Shown here in pieces: positions 11,691 to 24,837 of a DNA stretch of 64,000 nucleotides. Both the position numbers and the translations under genes were made by a program. The stretch is taken from assembly GCF_006345805.1 (NCBI RefSeq), contig NC_043002.1, forward strand, positions 36,394,001-36,458,000, written 5' to 3'. This stretch comes from Octopus sinensis (Eukaryota). Each line of letters starts with the position of its first letter. The stretch's first letter is position 1. The notes under the pieces were generated by a model, which did no database searches, was not told the origin of the DNA, and saw nothing but the letters and a program-made list of their open reading frames with translations.

Positions 11691-14190
11691 TGTGGACTCT
11701 TAGCTAGGTTTCTATCTACCTTTCTAATTAGTATCCTGTCTATGTATGACTTGGAAGATCCGTTGCTGCTTGACCATGTCCACAATGGAGCGTTCTGATG
11801 TTCCAGTCTATATGGATCTACCAGCTCAAAACGTCTTAGTAGATCCTGGAAGCAAGCATTTCCTTTCCTATCTGTATGCGAGCCTTCAGTCTACCCGTGC
11901 ATCGCATATTGTGTTGAAGTCTCCTAAAATTACTAAAGGGTGCAATGTACTCAGAAACTTTCCAAGGTTCCGAAAATAATCACTTTGCCCCTTTTGGTTG
12001 GGTGCGTAAATCGCAACCAGCCTGATTGTCTTACGACTACTGAACGTCAAATCAACGACGACCAGCCTACCTTCTGGATCTGAAAAAAATTAACTTTTTC
12101 CTAGACAGCCGGTTCTTTTTACAGAGGACCAACACCCCGCTTCCGCTAGACGAACGGCTCGAAGAGATAATTCCCTCGTAACCGTCAAACAGCGGGAGCA
12201 GATCTCTTGGCCCCTTTAACCGGGTTTCTGTGGCAACATCTAAATCTCGTGACCTGATGTCATTTAAGAGGTGCCCTTGCTTCCAGTTCGACATCAGGCC
12301 ACGCACATTTATACACCCTACATAAATACGAGACATTACTTACCTTTTTAGTTGTTATTTTTTCCCTGTTGGTCGTGGGGGGGGGGGAAGTCCGCTTTAA
12401 ATAGTGACTCGTGAAGGTCGAGTCGCGGACCATTAATATACCCTGAGTACTCCTCTCTTATAATGTTAAAGTTCATTCTATCTATTTCGTAGATTTCAAC
12501 ATTCTTGGGAAGTATTTTATGTGTCTGTATTTTTTTTGCTGTTGGTATTTTCTCTATTTGATTTTTTAGTCTGTCATTATCTTTGTTTATAGAGACAAAT
12601 ACTGTCTTGAATTCAATAATCTTTTTAGGGCTTTGTGGGGGTGATGGGAGGACAGCGGGGAGTATGATGGGGGGGAACACTGGGAGAAGTTTGGGAGGGG
12701 AGGGAATTCTCAGCACTGCTGGGTGGGGGTGGTTCGGGTTGGGCTGGGGGGGTCTTCTCTTTTTCCTTTTTGTGGGGAACCGTGGTTGGGTGGGGTAGAT
12801 TTTCCCCCCTGGGTGTTTGTTTTCTTTGTACATGGGATGGGTGGGTTTAGGTCATCGTTCTTCCTTTTTTTCTTTTTCCTCACCAGTGTGAAGGCATTTT
12901 CATCTTCCTTTATCTTTTCTTCTGTCTCTGTGCTCTTCTTCGCCTCTTCAGTCTTTCTTTTTACCTCCTATTTCTTGCGGGTGGGGTATTCCGCACGGAT
13001 GTGGCCCTTTTCGCCACACTCATAGCATCTTGGCTTTCGCCCCTCCACCACCACCCACAAGTTTATTTCTTCGTCAAAATTTATATTCTCTGGGACCTCC
13101 TCCAGAGTTTCTGGGGCTGTCTGCACTGTTATCTGCAGCTTCTGGCCTCTCCAATTTTCTTTTTTATCTTTGTGATATTTACCACTCTTATTTTTCTCTC
13201 CAGCCCCATTAATAAGGCTGGAAGCAGCCACTTCACCTCAATTTCTGGGGGTATGTCTTCGATCCTTATTTTTGATGTTCTTCGCCCCAAATAGGAGGGT
13301 AGAAGAATTTTCTCGCTCGTTTTGATTAGGGTTAAGGAATGCTTTTTCGCCATTTCTTCGTCTCTGAAGTACACCTCTATAGTGGCGTACTTCTTCCCCC
13401 ACGTCACATAATCCACATCGTTCCATACTGGTTGAAGGCACTTCTCCGCTTGTTCCTTTGACACCTTCTCGATCTTTTTTTGTTTATTATATATGACTTG
13501 TAAATTATAATTCTTTTTAAAGTTTCCTCTCTAATTACTTGTGGAAGGGCTGCTTTTACATTGTTCCCCTCCCTTGTGAACATGGTTTTATAACACTCGT
13601 AGTCTATCTCTTCCATCTTAATTTCTTCCGTTTTCCTTCCTGCAGCGGCTGCGAAATTGTATGTTATAGTCTTATCATTTTTTTTTCCTTTGGCTGCTTT
13701 CACAGCTTCATCAGAAGGCGAACCTTCAACAACTTTATCTGTTATTACATTTTTATCAGAAGGCGAACCTTCAACAACTTTCAATTTGGTTGCATCTATT
13801 TCAGACGTATTTTTGGCAATTTTTGATGTAGGTGATCCTACTAGTTTCTTTTGAAGGCGAACCTTCGTCAGACATTTTTTTTCCAGACATTTTTTCAGAT
13901 GAAAAAATGTTTTCTTTGTTCATTTTTTAAAGAATTGTGTGTGCTTTTTTTATTTTTTATTTTTTTTTATTGTGCTACAATGCACAGCACTTCCCCTCCT
14001 TATGGAGGGGAATAACAATGTTTTTCTGGTTCAAAGCCAGTAACAGTTCAAAATAACACTTTTTAACAAAACAATTTTTTAACAAGAGTTCAACACAAAT
14101 TCATACAACAATAGTCAAGAAACAGACTGACAAAGACTTGTGTGGATTTTAACAAAGCTAAAAGCCAACTGCCTTTACAGCGATTTATGA
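11690..14190 (-). mobile_element. Tx1 copy B: 5'UTR, ORF1 and endonuclease only (3'-truncated)
   Basis: ORF1 pieces 12348-13784 (NFAAAAG, GKKYATIEV, EGRKPRCYECGEKGH). ORF2 starts MSRIYVGCINVRGL at 12336 and breaks at ~11690. Confidence 0.88.
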
Positions 14191-14699
14191 TGTCTATTTA
14201 TACAAAAGTATCAGCAGTGATGTTTAGCCAGTGTCCAATAGAATGGCAGGTAGGTAGCTTTTGTCCAATGAAAGGTCAGGCAAGTCGCTGGGGGTAGTTG
14301 CTTTGTTTTCTCTGGTGATGGCAGATGTATTTCCGATGTCCTGGCAAGTTACTTCCGGTGACTGTATAGTACCATAGGGTCCAGAGGGAAGGAGTTGTGT
14401 AGTATGTGGCTGTATGGTGGGCAGTTGTGATGCAGTGGTTTTAGTGTCATATGTGCAGAGACAGTTATGGTTTGGTAAGAGAGTAGCGGTCTTTTGAGTT
14501 ATGTAGGAGATGAAATGAATTGGTGTAAAAAGTTCAGAATAGCAAATAATTTGGTTTCTTTACTGACAGCACTAGTGACAGAAGAGTGCGAGAGCTATGA
14601 TGAATTGTGAGCGTTGAAGTTACTGAGGCTGATAACTTCAGAGAGGGCACAAGTGAGATAGATGTTCTCAATACAGGAGGAGATATAATCAAAGAGTTG

Positions 14700-16700
14700 C
14701 TGATGATTTGAGGAATTAAAGTACCCTATTCCCCCAAATACATCTATCTAAAGTTTTGTTGAGTGAGGAGACTTTTAGCCAGAGTGAATGGAAGTCATTG
14801 TTGCTGAAATCTAAAGGAGATTAGGGTCTGCATATGTTCAGGCACCACCTTTCGGAGAGAAAATTGACTAGAGGGTGTATCCGAGACAGTAAAAGGATGA
14901 TTGGTTTGCATGTGAATAAGAACTGATACGTAGGATATATGTTGGAGCAAATTGATTGCTTTGATGATTTCAGATTTTAAGGGAAATTCCAGCTGGTATT
15001 TATTTAGTGACAACAGGTTGTCTTTCATTGGTATGGAAATGTTTCTAACTTTCCTTGGTCAAAAGTGAGTTACCAGCCTCATCTTTAAGATTGGCACAGG
15101 TTGTTATTTGTCTGCCAATCAGATGGTCTGCAGTATCAAAATATCTGTGCAGATCGTTGGTGTTGGAAATATTCTCTACATCAACCTGATCATTTAACCA
15201 TGATCTAGATTTGCCATGCAGACTCTCCTCTTTGCGTTAATGAGGCATTGATGGTCAGTTTGTGAAGAGAGTTGTGGTTTGCTTTTACTGTTCTCTTCTG
15301 TGTGACATGTTCTAGCCATGATTCTTTGTGATGTGACTGCTTCTTTCTTTTTCCCCATGCAGGCTGTTGCCTTTCAGTATTTTGATGATTGACAGCAGCT
15401 GCTTTATTAGTTGATGTAATTATCTGGATGTTGTAGAAAAGATGGTGGTTGATGTAGAAAGCTCTAAAGGAGCAATAATCAGCAAACTACAAATGCAGTT
15501 TTGTGGGGACATGTATATAACATTATCCATGTTTTTCACTTTGAGTCCAAATGATTTTTTGGTCTGCACATTTCTTAATCTGGTACATCATAATCAGGCC
15601 AACAGTTGCAGAAATTGAAAATACCACAGCAACTAAAGTATTTAGTGTATGCATAGAAAAATGAATGATAAACTAAGTTGATGGTTGGAGACAAAAACTC
15701 CTCCACAAAACTAGAAGTGATGTCAGGAGAGCCCAGATGTGTGTTGTTGATGAGAAGAAAATGGCTTGCATTTTTTCTGGGGATGGATGGGTATCGTCAG
15801 AATTTAATTTCTCTACTTGTTTTGAATTCAAGTAAGAGTAGTATTTTTTCTCTACGTGCACCTTGGAATCTCTGCAGAAGGTTGATATTCACAAAGGTAG
15901 AATGAGATGGTTTGTTAATGTAGTTTGTGACTGGCTTCCTTCATTACATTTTAGTAGAGATGCTGTAGTTGCCATATATTGGAACCATGATTGTGGTAAA
16001 TTTGGTAACCAGTGATAGATTATTAAACAAAACTCAAAATCTTGCAGCAGTGGCCACGATGGGACAGGGTGTAGTGAGATGACATAATTTAAGCAGAACT
16101 AAAAAGTGGGACAATTGAACATTCCAATAGGTGTTTTAAGTGTTGAGGGCCACATGTGGTCAAGGAATTTTGAGAGCCCAGCCTAAATTGTTTTACTACT
16201 GATGGAATAGAACAGGTTTTGTAGCTAAGGATGTGATCAGTCTTGTGCCAAGAGCCACCCCATCATCAAGTACAGGCATTTCTTTATTGCCCACAATGAA
16301 AGTTTTGGTGAGGGGGAAGGAGGGGATCGAGTACTCTTGATATGGATTGCATAGTCACTACAATGACTAAAGATGATAGATAGCTGAAGTGCGAATAGCA
16401 ATATAAAGGCAGCTGTTGGAAGATATGTTGTCCTGTAGAGTGAATAGTACTGAAATATGAATGTCAGTTCTGGTAATCATAATTATATGTATTATGATTG
16501 CAGAGATTGGCAGTTGATGTGACACTAAATCTGTGGCTATATGGGGAGATTAGGGTAGAGACTGATTAAATATATCAGGCCCTGAATTACATTTCTTTGG
16601 CAAGAGGGGCCCAGTGAATGAGATATTTACAGACAATTGTAGCACATATCATTCAAAATTACTGAAGGGTTGCTAAACAAGTGGAATTTCAAATAATTCT
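14700..16700 (-). mobile_element. Possible very old LINE remnant (RTE-like endonuclease traces)
   Basis: Only a short WHKTDHIL-like EN motif near 16230-16260 and compositional asymmetry support this. Confidence 0.3.
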
Positions 16701-17770
16701 TTAGAGAGAGTGGGAATTGTTTCTTAGAAAGAGACATCATTGAACAATTAAGGCCAAGGTTGAAAGTATATATATCTTTGCAATTAAAGCAGTGCTTTGA
16801 ATGTTACCTAAGTGAAGGCAGATGGAACCTCTAAGAATGATGTATGAATATGAGTCTAGTAATGTTGGGCATAGAAAAATGAGAAAGACCTATATTTGTC
16901 TCTGTTGGGGATGAGGTTTGGTTGAGGCCCCCTTGATGCCTGCCATACATTTCAGTGGCACAATGAACAATATTTGATAGAATGCCATGTCATATTTTGA
17001 CTGTCTATAGCTCATTGAAGATGAAGATAATGGCGATAGTTGAAATACAGACAAGGCCAACATTGTAGCACTGCAAAAGTTACAGAGGGAATGATGTCCA
17101 CCTTGGTGAACAAGTGGCTATGAAATATGTGGTGGTGATAGGTTAGAGTGAATTTTTCAATTGTTGAAAGGTATACATAGAAATGGTTGTTTATTAATTT
17201 GTTTTTGTTAACTTGGTAAGTGATCTTTTGATGAGGAGTGGGGATCATGTTAATGTGATGAGCATGGAAATAGGAGATAAAAAGATGGGAGTGACCTAAG
17301 GAGAGCCAAATTCTTGTTTGGAGTTGTTGAGGAAAAAAAAAAGAACCTGCATCTTTTTCTGGCATTCATAATTTAAACTCTAATTTTTGGAATAGGATAT
17401 TTTCTAAAGTAAAACCAATTCAGTTGTCTTCATTTACTTATTCACTCACTAAAACACTTGTTCAAATTATTGTGATTTCTAAAGCATCACCTTATAATAT
17501 CTTATTGCCTTTATGATTTTGATTTTTCTAGTGTGTTTGTGTATGCACATACATGCATACACCAAGCATTTGTAGATGGTGTAGCAGTGAAACTGCTGAA
17601 GATAATTCAATGATTATTCTCTGGGGATGATGACTAATGTAGTAACTTACCTTGGTGATCTCCAAAGAATCTCCTGACCTCTTTATTAAACAAGTGAGGT
17701 CTTTTAAAGCCCAGATTATAATAATACTAGCATTATGACCCGTCGTTGCCAGGTCATAGTGCTAGTGCAT

Positions 17771-17914
<144 letters not shown>

Positions 17915-17954
17915 GTGATAACAATACTCAAAATATATAACAAACTGGAATTGT

Positions 17955-18786
17955 AGGCTCGTCTCTTGCAATTTTTATCAATTATATCTTGTCCTCCCTC
18001 TTGTATAGAAGTGTGGCTACAATCCAGCCTACCTCTACTTCTGGGGGGACATTTTAAATTTTTATCCGGGACGTCCTACGTCCCAGATATAAAGGTAAAA
18101 ATAAAATATTTCCATTTTGCAATGTTTGAGTCGAGGTCTCCCTTGCACGCTCCGTTGACTCGAACCTTGCTTCTATTGTGGCAAATTTACCGCCTCTGGT
18201 TAGATATCTTTCATAGTCGCACCAAGACACTTTTCGATGGTGCTTTCCTCCAGGTGTTCAAATCTTTTTTGTCTCTACATTGTATACTTTATAGACAAAA
18301 GTCTTTTCTTTAATTTAATTTTTTATTTCGTTTGGCGGTGTTATCCTAGATTCACCGTCTTTGTCGGTGATCAATCCGAAATAGGTTTGTATTTCTTCCA
18401 TTTTAATTTTAATGAGTTTGCGCCCACTGATGGCTGCAGCGAAATTCATTTTTGGACTTTCTTCTATCGAAAGCATTTTAACAAAAATGCTTCCGTATAA
18501 ACGGTGAAAATATTGTCAATTTCCCCAAACAGGGACACAATTCAATTTTTAAACAATAACCAAAGCTCCTTCTCCCAAAGGGGGAGGGTTATAGTTTACA
18601 ATTATTTAACAAATGCAACACAACAACGCTTCTCTTATGAGGAACCAACAAACGTGATAATAGTTAAACAGTAATAATAATAATGACAAACCTTACGGTG
18701 AATCAAAAAGCAGTACGCAGTTGAAGCTATGGTCCTTTATGTATAAGAAATAAACCAACAGCAGTACTCAGTAGAAGCGGCTGTGA
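17955..18786 (-). mobile_element. Tx1 copy C: 5'UTR and N-terminal ORF1 fragment
   Basis: MNFAAAIS at ~18428-18451; nucleotide similarity to ORF1 at 51.5-52.1 kb; 5'UTR hairpin at 18568-18588; terminal motif shared with the 5' end of copy A. Confidence 0.7.
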
Positions 18787-21650
18787 TTTTTTATTACCCA
18801 CAAGGGGCGAACAAAGAGGGGACAACACAATCTGATTTGGGGTCAGATGTACGAAAGGTTTTACATAGAATATGAATTTTAAAATTTTAACACATAATTA
18901 TGAATCACAATAAAATTGAAAAATCGAATGATGGGACAGACCGGAGGACATTACAGATGGAGTGGGGGGCAGGTTTAGCTCGGATCCCACGAGCTCTGCC
19001 TCGCCACTGATACCTTGGTTTCATCCTGTCCCACATTTATAAGGTACCATTCATATGCAACATCTGTGCTACGTTCTTCCATCGTTTTTCGAACACTTTC
19101 TCAGTCAAGCATTTTCTCTCCAGCCCTATTTTCCTTTTCAGGTGGAAGATGAAGTAATTCATCAATCCAGGGCCAGAGATGAATTGCCTGACTCTATCCC
19201 TTTCAGCCTTGTCTTCCAAATCACCTCTCTTGCAATTGCAACTACACAGAGAAAACAATTCTTACCTTCTTTCGAGAGGAAATCCGGTGGGTCAATTTTT
19301 ACAATAGACTCAGTCGACAGCTGTACTCTTCGTGTGTTTGACAACAGTTGTTCAGCACAAACCCACACCTCTGACCCCTCCGGACATTGAACAACAGCAG
19401 GACGGTTTCCCTATCCCGCTCGCATCTTTGACATGTCGGATTGCCTCAGCCACCATGCCTTGCGAGTTTGTCCCGAACAGGTAGAGCTCCTCTGTAACAC
19501 TGCCATGCCAGAGACTTCTGAAAGTTGTCCAGGGTCTTTGGCCCGAATGTACGTTGGAACAGACTGGCCAGCTGATTATCATCGAGACCTAGGGTTTCCC
19601 CTAAAGTATCATCACATTCCGCCTCTACCAGCCCTCTATAGAAGAATGTGGTGGAATCCCCCACAGCAGGACATGAAATATAAAAGCCACTAATCCTATG
19701 CTATATCTAATAGACTCGAATTTTATGGCTCGCTTGAGAGCATACCACCATTTATTATTAATGATGGCGCCCTCTGAATCAGTCCTAATCCGGTCTCTGT
19801 ACTCCTTAATCGCCAAAAGGGATGTATTAAATTACCAATAACCGGAGCCTTTCTTATATACCTTATCTATGTCAAGCTTACAGGTGACCATTTTATGGTC
19901 ACTGTAGCTGACCGGGTAAAACTGTGGACACTTAGCTATTTCTCTATCTGCTTTTCTAATTAGTATTCTATCTATGTAAGACCTGGAAGATCCATCGCTA
20001 TTTGACCATGTCCACAATGGAGCATTCGGAAATTCTAACCTATAAGGATCTGCTAGCTCAAAGCGTCTTGGCAGTTCCAGGAAGCCAGGGTTATCCTTTC
20101 TATCTGTACACGAGCCAACATAATCTACATCCGCCTTGTAAATTGTGTTGTAGTCTCCTAGCACAACTAATGAATGTGAAGTACTAAGAAACTCCTCTAG
20201 CTCTCGAAAATACTCACTTTGCCCAGATGATGATGAGGGTGCATAAATTGCAACCAGTCTGATAACTTTACTGTTACTGAACGTCAAATCCATAACGAGC
20301 AGCCTACCTTCTGGATCTGAAAAAATTAACTTTTTCTCAAAAACCTGGTTTCTTTTTAATAAGACCAACACCCCACTCCCGCCAATAGGACTGCCTGGAG
20401 AGAAAACAAACTCTCATAGCCATTCAACAGCGGGAGCAGATCTCTTGCCCCCTGTAACCGGGTTTCTGTAGCGACAATGACATCCAAATTCTGCGACCTG
20501 ATATCATTAAAGAAGCGACCCTGCTTCCAGCTTGATCTCAGGCCACGCACATTTAAGCAACCAACATGAATGTTAGACATTACTTACCTCAGTATCAGTG
20601 GTTCGGCGTTCCTTCATCCTCTTTTCCTTTTCCTCGGACTCGTGGCGTATTTGGACGTAGGCCCTCGTAAATATATGAAGAAAAATCCATTCTTAGAGGG
20701 CCTACGTCGTGGAAGAATTCGGATTTAATCCACCTGTAATCATTCCAGCCTATCTTGTAGATAAGGAAGTCTTTCGATGTAGTTTTTTCAACTCATTTTG
20801 CAGTTGGGATAACTGCCAAACGGTTGACTAGTCTGTTGTTTGAGGCCTTTATGGCCATGTATGTATTGTCTTTCTCTTGTTCATTTTTCTTTTTTATATT
20901 CAATTTGGGAGGGGCTGTCTGTTTTTTTTTCTTTTTCTTAGAAGTAGTCGACCATCCCTCCTCTCTGTCTTTCTCTTCACTTTCTTCTGTTGCTGGTGAT
21001 GAAACATCTTTAGGTGTTGGTGCTGGTGTTTCTTTTGTTGGTACAAGTGTTGTCTCATCTGGTGTTTCTTCTTTCCTTCTCTTTTGGTTGGCACTCGGCC
21101 CTGATATGTCCCTTCAGCCCGCAGTTGAAGCATCTCAGTTTTCTGCCTTCCACATATACTATCAGTCTCTCACCTCCGCCAACATTTATGGCTTCTGGAA
21201 TTTCTTCTAATGTTGCTACCTCCACTTGAATTGCCATCGTCAAGCATTGCCCCTTCCAATGCTCTTCCACTGAGGCCTGGAGAATATTTATTTTTTCATC
21301 CAGGCCTAATGTTATTGCGGCCACTAAACAAGTGGCATACACTTCAGGGGGGATGTTATTTATTTTTATTTTTGATGTTCTTCTTCCCATGTATATTGGA
21401 AGAAGAACCACCTCCTCTGTTTTGAGTGTCTCCAAGGAGTACTTTTTCACTGCTTCTTCTGTTTTAAATCTTACTTCCACTGTACCAAACCTTTTTCCAC
21501 GGTTGATGTAGGTAATTTCGGGCCAAATTTGTTTCAGGCATTTTTCTACTGTTATGAGAAGCCTTTTTGATTTTTTGATAGGTTTTATTTTTAATCCCTC
21601 TAGTTGCCCACATATTGTTCTCATCCCAAGGAATTTACTAGGGTTCATAA
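18787..21650 (-). mobile_element. Tx1 copy D with a large internal ORF2 deletion
   Basis: Tail at 18787-18830 nearly identical to that of copy A. C-terminal ORF2 at 19037-19664, EN at 19832-20580, ORF1 at 20600-21648 with CFNCGLKGHIRAEC. The RT core is missing. Confidence 0.88.
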
Positions 21651-22359
21651 CTGTGAGATGGGCTGTATATTAAATGACATTGACTCCAGGCCAATCCTGA
21701 TTAAGCAGATCTATGTTCAAAGGCATTTCAGTCATTTTAAAAGTATGCCTGGTATCACATACATTAATCAGTGTGTCCTTTCCTTTTGCAAAGCAGTAGG
21801 GTGTGATTTGAGGAAGACTTGGTTTCTATTTCTAGCAGGTTGAGCAAATACATTTGTTGAGGCTCTCTTATTTTCCTGCTAGTTATATGGTGTTGGTAAT
21901 AGGTAGAACTTGACAATAGGAAAGTGACATACTAAAAACAATGTAAGTTTTTTCTCTATTTGTTAATGAAAGATCTAAGTTAGTGAAGATAACTTTTAGT
22001 TCAAAGAACAGTATAGACCTTAATGCAAAGCAGTGAACAGACAATGATTAAATATACTGAGGTGATTTTAAGTTTCAATTTCACACAGAGAATAGGATGT
22101 CTCATTTTGATCCATTCCTCTGTTGATAGAACTTTTATCTTAAAATGCATTTATAGAGTGCTTTGCTTGCTGGATTATGATGGTTATTCTGGATTTAGCC
22201 GTTGGGCAGCAGTTGAAAAAAATATTCAGAAGGCCCATAAGGCAGTCAGCAGTAAAAATACATCATTTGCATTGTGAAACCTGAATGGTCTGATTGAGAA
22301 GTTAGTCTGTATAGCCACAATTTTTAAAGTTATGATTCGATATAAATCTTTAGAAATTG

Positions 22360-23454
22360 TGACAATAGCCTTGTGACATGGGGCATTGTCCTGCATGAAT
22401 ATGGGTGGTCGCTTAGTTGAATTTCTCAGCACAGGCAAGACATGATCTTTTACAAGTTGTTTATAAACTCCTGCATTTACCTTTCCATGTAATTGCACCA
22501 AAGGGCCAACACCATCTCCAGATATCATCCCCCAAACCATGACATTTCCTCTACCGAATTTAACACTAGTCTTAAGGCATTTAGGCGACAATTTTTCACC
22601 TACTTTTCAACGAATGTACCTTTTCCCATCTGAGCCAAATAACATAAACTTAGATTCATCACTGAAATGCACCGTTTGCCATTTTTCTTGAGACCACAAC
22701 ACATGTTCGGTTGCAAAGGTAAGACGACACTTTTTATTTTTGGAGCTGATCAGTGGCTTCACTGCTGGTGATCTTGCTTGTAGGTTATGTTCAACTAAAC
22801 GATGAGACAAGTTTTTCAAGATAACATTTTCTTCAGTACAATGCTCATTTCCCGAGAAACAGCAGCAGCAGTTTTAAATCTGTCCTTTTTAACCAACTTT
22901 ACTATAGCACGATCTTCTCTCTTGGTCGTTTTTCTTGGCCTATCTGTAGACTTTCTTGCTTCACACGAACCACAATCATTGAAGGCCTTAAGAATACCGT
23001 GAACAACACTTTTTGACTTGTTAACAATCTTTGCAATAGACCCAATACTTAAATTATCCTTCTTTCGAAGCTTAATAATCTGCTGACGAATTGATAACGG
23101 AGTAAGTGGCATTATATTAACAAAGTACACTGCAGATATTCTTACTAATGTTTAGTAAACAAACCGTCACGTAAACAAATTCAAAACATTAGAGTTTGCC
23201 AGTTAAATATACCAAAACATGGAGTAAAAGCAACCGTTCTGATCCTTTTGGCCGCCATGGGTTTTGCAGTAAATCACTAAATCATCCATAACTTTTGTAT
23301 TATCCTCTCAAATTACACCAAAATCTCATACAATAACAATTAATATCGTATTTATTGTCTGTAAAAATTATAGAATATAAAACAACTTTGATAAAAACTT
23401 ATACTTACTTTTCTGGCGAAAACAATGCTGTTCTGAACATTTTGGCTGCAACTG
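22360..23454 (-). mobile_element. Tc1-family DNA transposon, truncated after the second catalytic Asp
   Basis: Paired-like HTH at 22816-23130; VHFSDESKF and FMQDNAPCHK motifs; TA|CAGTTGCAGCCAAAATGTTCAGAAC terminus at 23430-23456. Confidence 0.9.
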
Positions 23455-23722
23455 TAGTTGAACAAAGAAAGTTTGATATAAAGTTGGAACTTCCATTTTG
23501 AATTGGTGAAGAGGGCTAAAGAGAGAAAAGTGTGAAATATTATCCCTTGTTCTTTGTTGGCTGTAGTCCTTTCCCCAGTTGTCATTTGCACCAGTCTTGT
23601 GCTTCTTACCATCATCTTATTCTGAATTTGTCCAGATCATCCAGTCTGTTGCCAAATATTTTGCTTGTAGTTTCTAGAGTCTAGTAGATTAACCTTGTCA
23701 TTATTGTTACATAACATGTTTA

Positions 23723-24520
23723 TGAGGGTCAATTGAAAAGTTCATAGCTTGATCAAGATACTCATGGAATGTGATCAAATTAGGTTTATGTCTCAACATA
23801 TTCCCCTTTGTGATCCACACACTTCTTCCATTGATGTTGTAGTGCTTGGATCCTATTAGTGAAGAAGCATTCATCCTGTTAGTCAAAAAAGCCATCAACA
23901 GCAGATATGACATGATCATGGCTGATACTGGTTTCCAGCCAAGTGTTTTTTTATGTTGGGAAACATGATAATCAGACGAGGCCAAATCAGGAGAATAAGG
24001 AGACAGATCAACCAGTTCAAAGCTACGGTCACATACAGCAGCCATTGAAAGCAAGGATTTGTGTGTTAGAGCATTGTCCTGATGAAACAAGATGGCTTTC
24101 ATCGGTTTTTCTGGGTATTTGGTCTTGATAGCCTTTTGTAACTGCCTCAGTAAGTTGACCCTTTTGAATATAGTCAATAAACACAATGCCTTTTGCATCT
24201 CAAAAAAAACTGAGGACATCCCTGAAAATGAAACAACTTTGGCCTTCTTTGGATCATGTAAGGAGAGGTGTATCCACTGCATGGATAGTCACTTTGTCTC
24301 TGGTTCAAAGTGATGAAGCAACATTCATCCTGGTTTAGGATATGCTTAAAGAAACCAGTTGGGTCTGCCTTAAACTGTCAGATTTTCCTGTGATGTGAAC
24401 AGCCTGGTGCACTTTCAATCAGGTGTCAGAAGATGTAGCACCCATTGAGCAAAAACCTTCATCATGCCAAGTTCGTTGTACAGAATATCTTCAACACACT
24501 CATGGGACATGTCTTCAAAA
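23723..24520 (-). mobile_element. mariner-family transposon fragment
   Basis: ILFHQDNA and PYSPDLASSDY motifs; TA|TGAGGGTCAATTGAAAAGTTC terminal repeat at 23721-23743. Confidence 0.82.
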
Positions 24521-24559
24521 ATGTTGCAAATGCACCATTCTTATGCCTTTCTTTATAAT

Positions 24560-24820
24560 ATTGAACATAATTTTTTTGTAAGATTGTTGCAGTATTCATA
24601 TTTTGCAGCTGAGTTTTTTGTTGTTAAATTCCAGCTCTGAAGTACATGGGACAGTTGGAATTGTAAAGTTTTGTAATTTGCTAATTTCATAAGCACTGGT
24701 ATAGGAACAAAGATCAAATAGCTGTCAGCTGCAAAATTTTTATCTTGCTGTAGCAGAAGCACTATCAACAGCAGAACATATGAGAAGGGGTAACAACATC
24801 AACCATGATCCGATAGCAAT
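24560..24820 (-). mobile_element. Degenerate Tx1 5'UTR and ORF1 N-terminal remnant
   Basis: KNFAADS at ~24725-24745; aaggggtaacaacat (24785-24799) resembles the 5'UTR hairpin flank of the other copies. Confidence 0.4.
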
Positions 24821-24837
24821 GGAATCAACTGTTGATT

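Noticed and set aside
20578-20592. Plus-strand attacttacct resembling the 5' end of U1 snRNA (snRNA gene or Tx1 target)
   Set aside because: Only about 9 nt match and no further U1 sequence follows. It is simply the complement of the minus-strand donor site.
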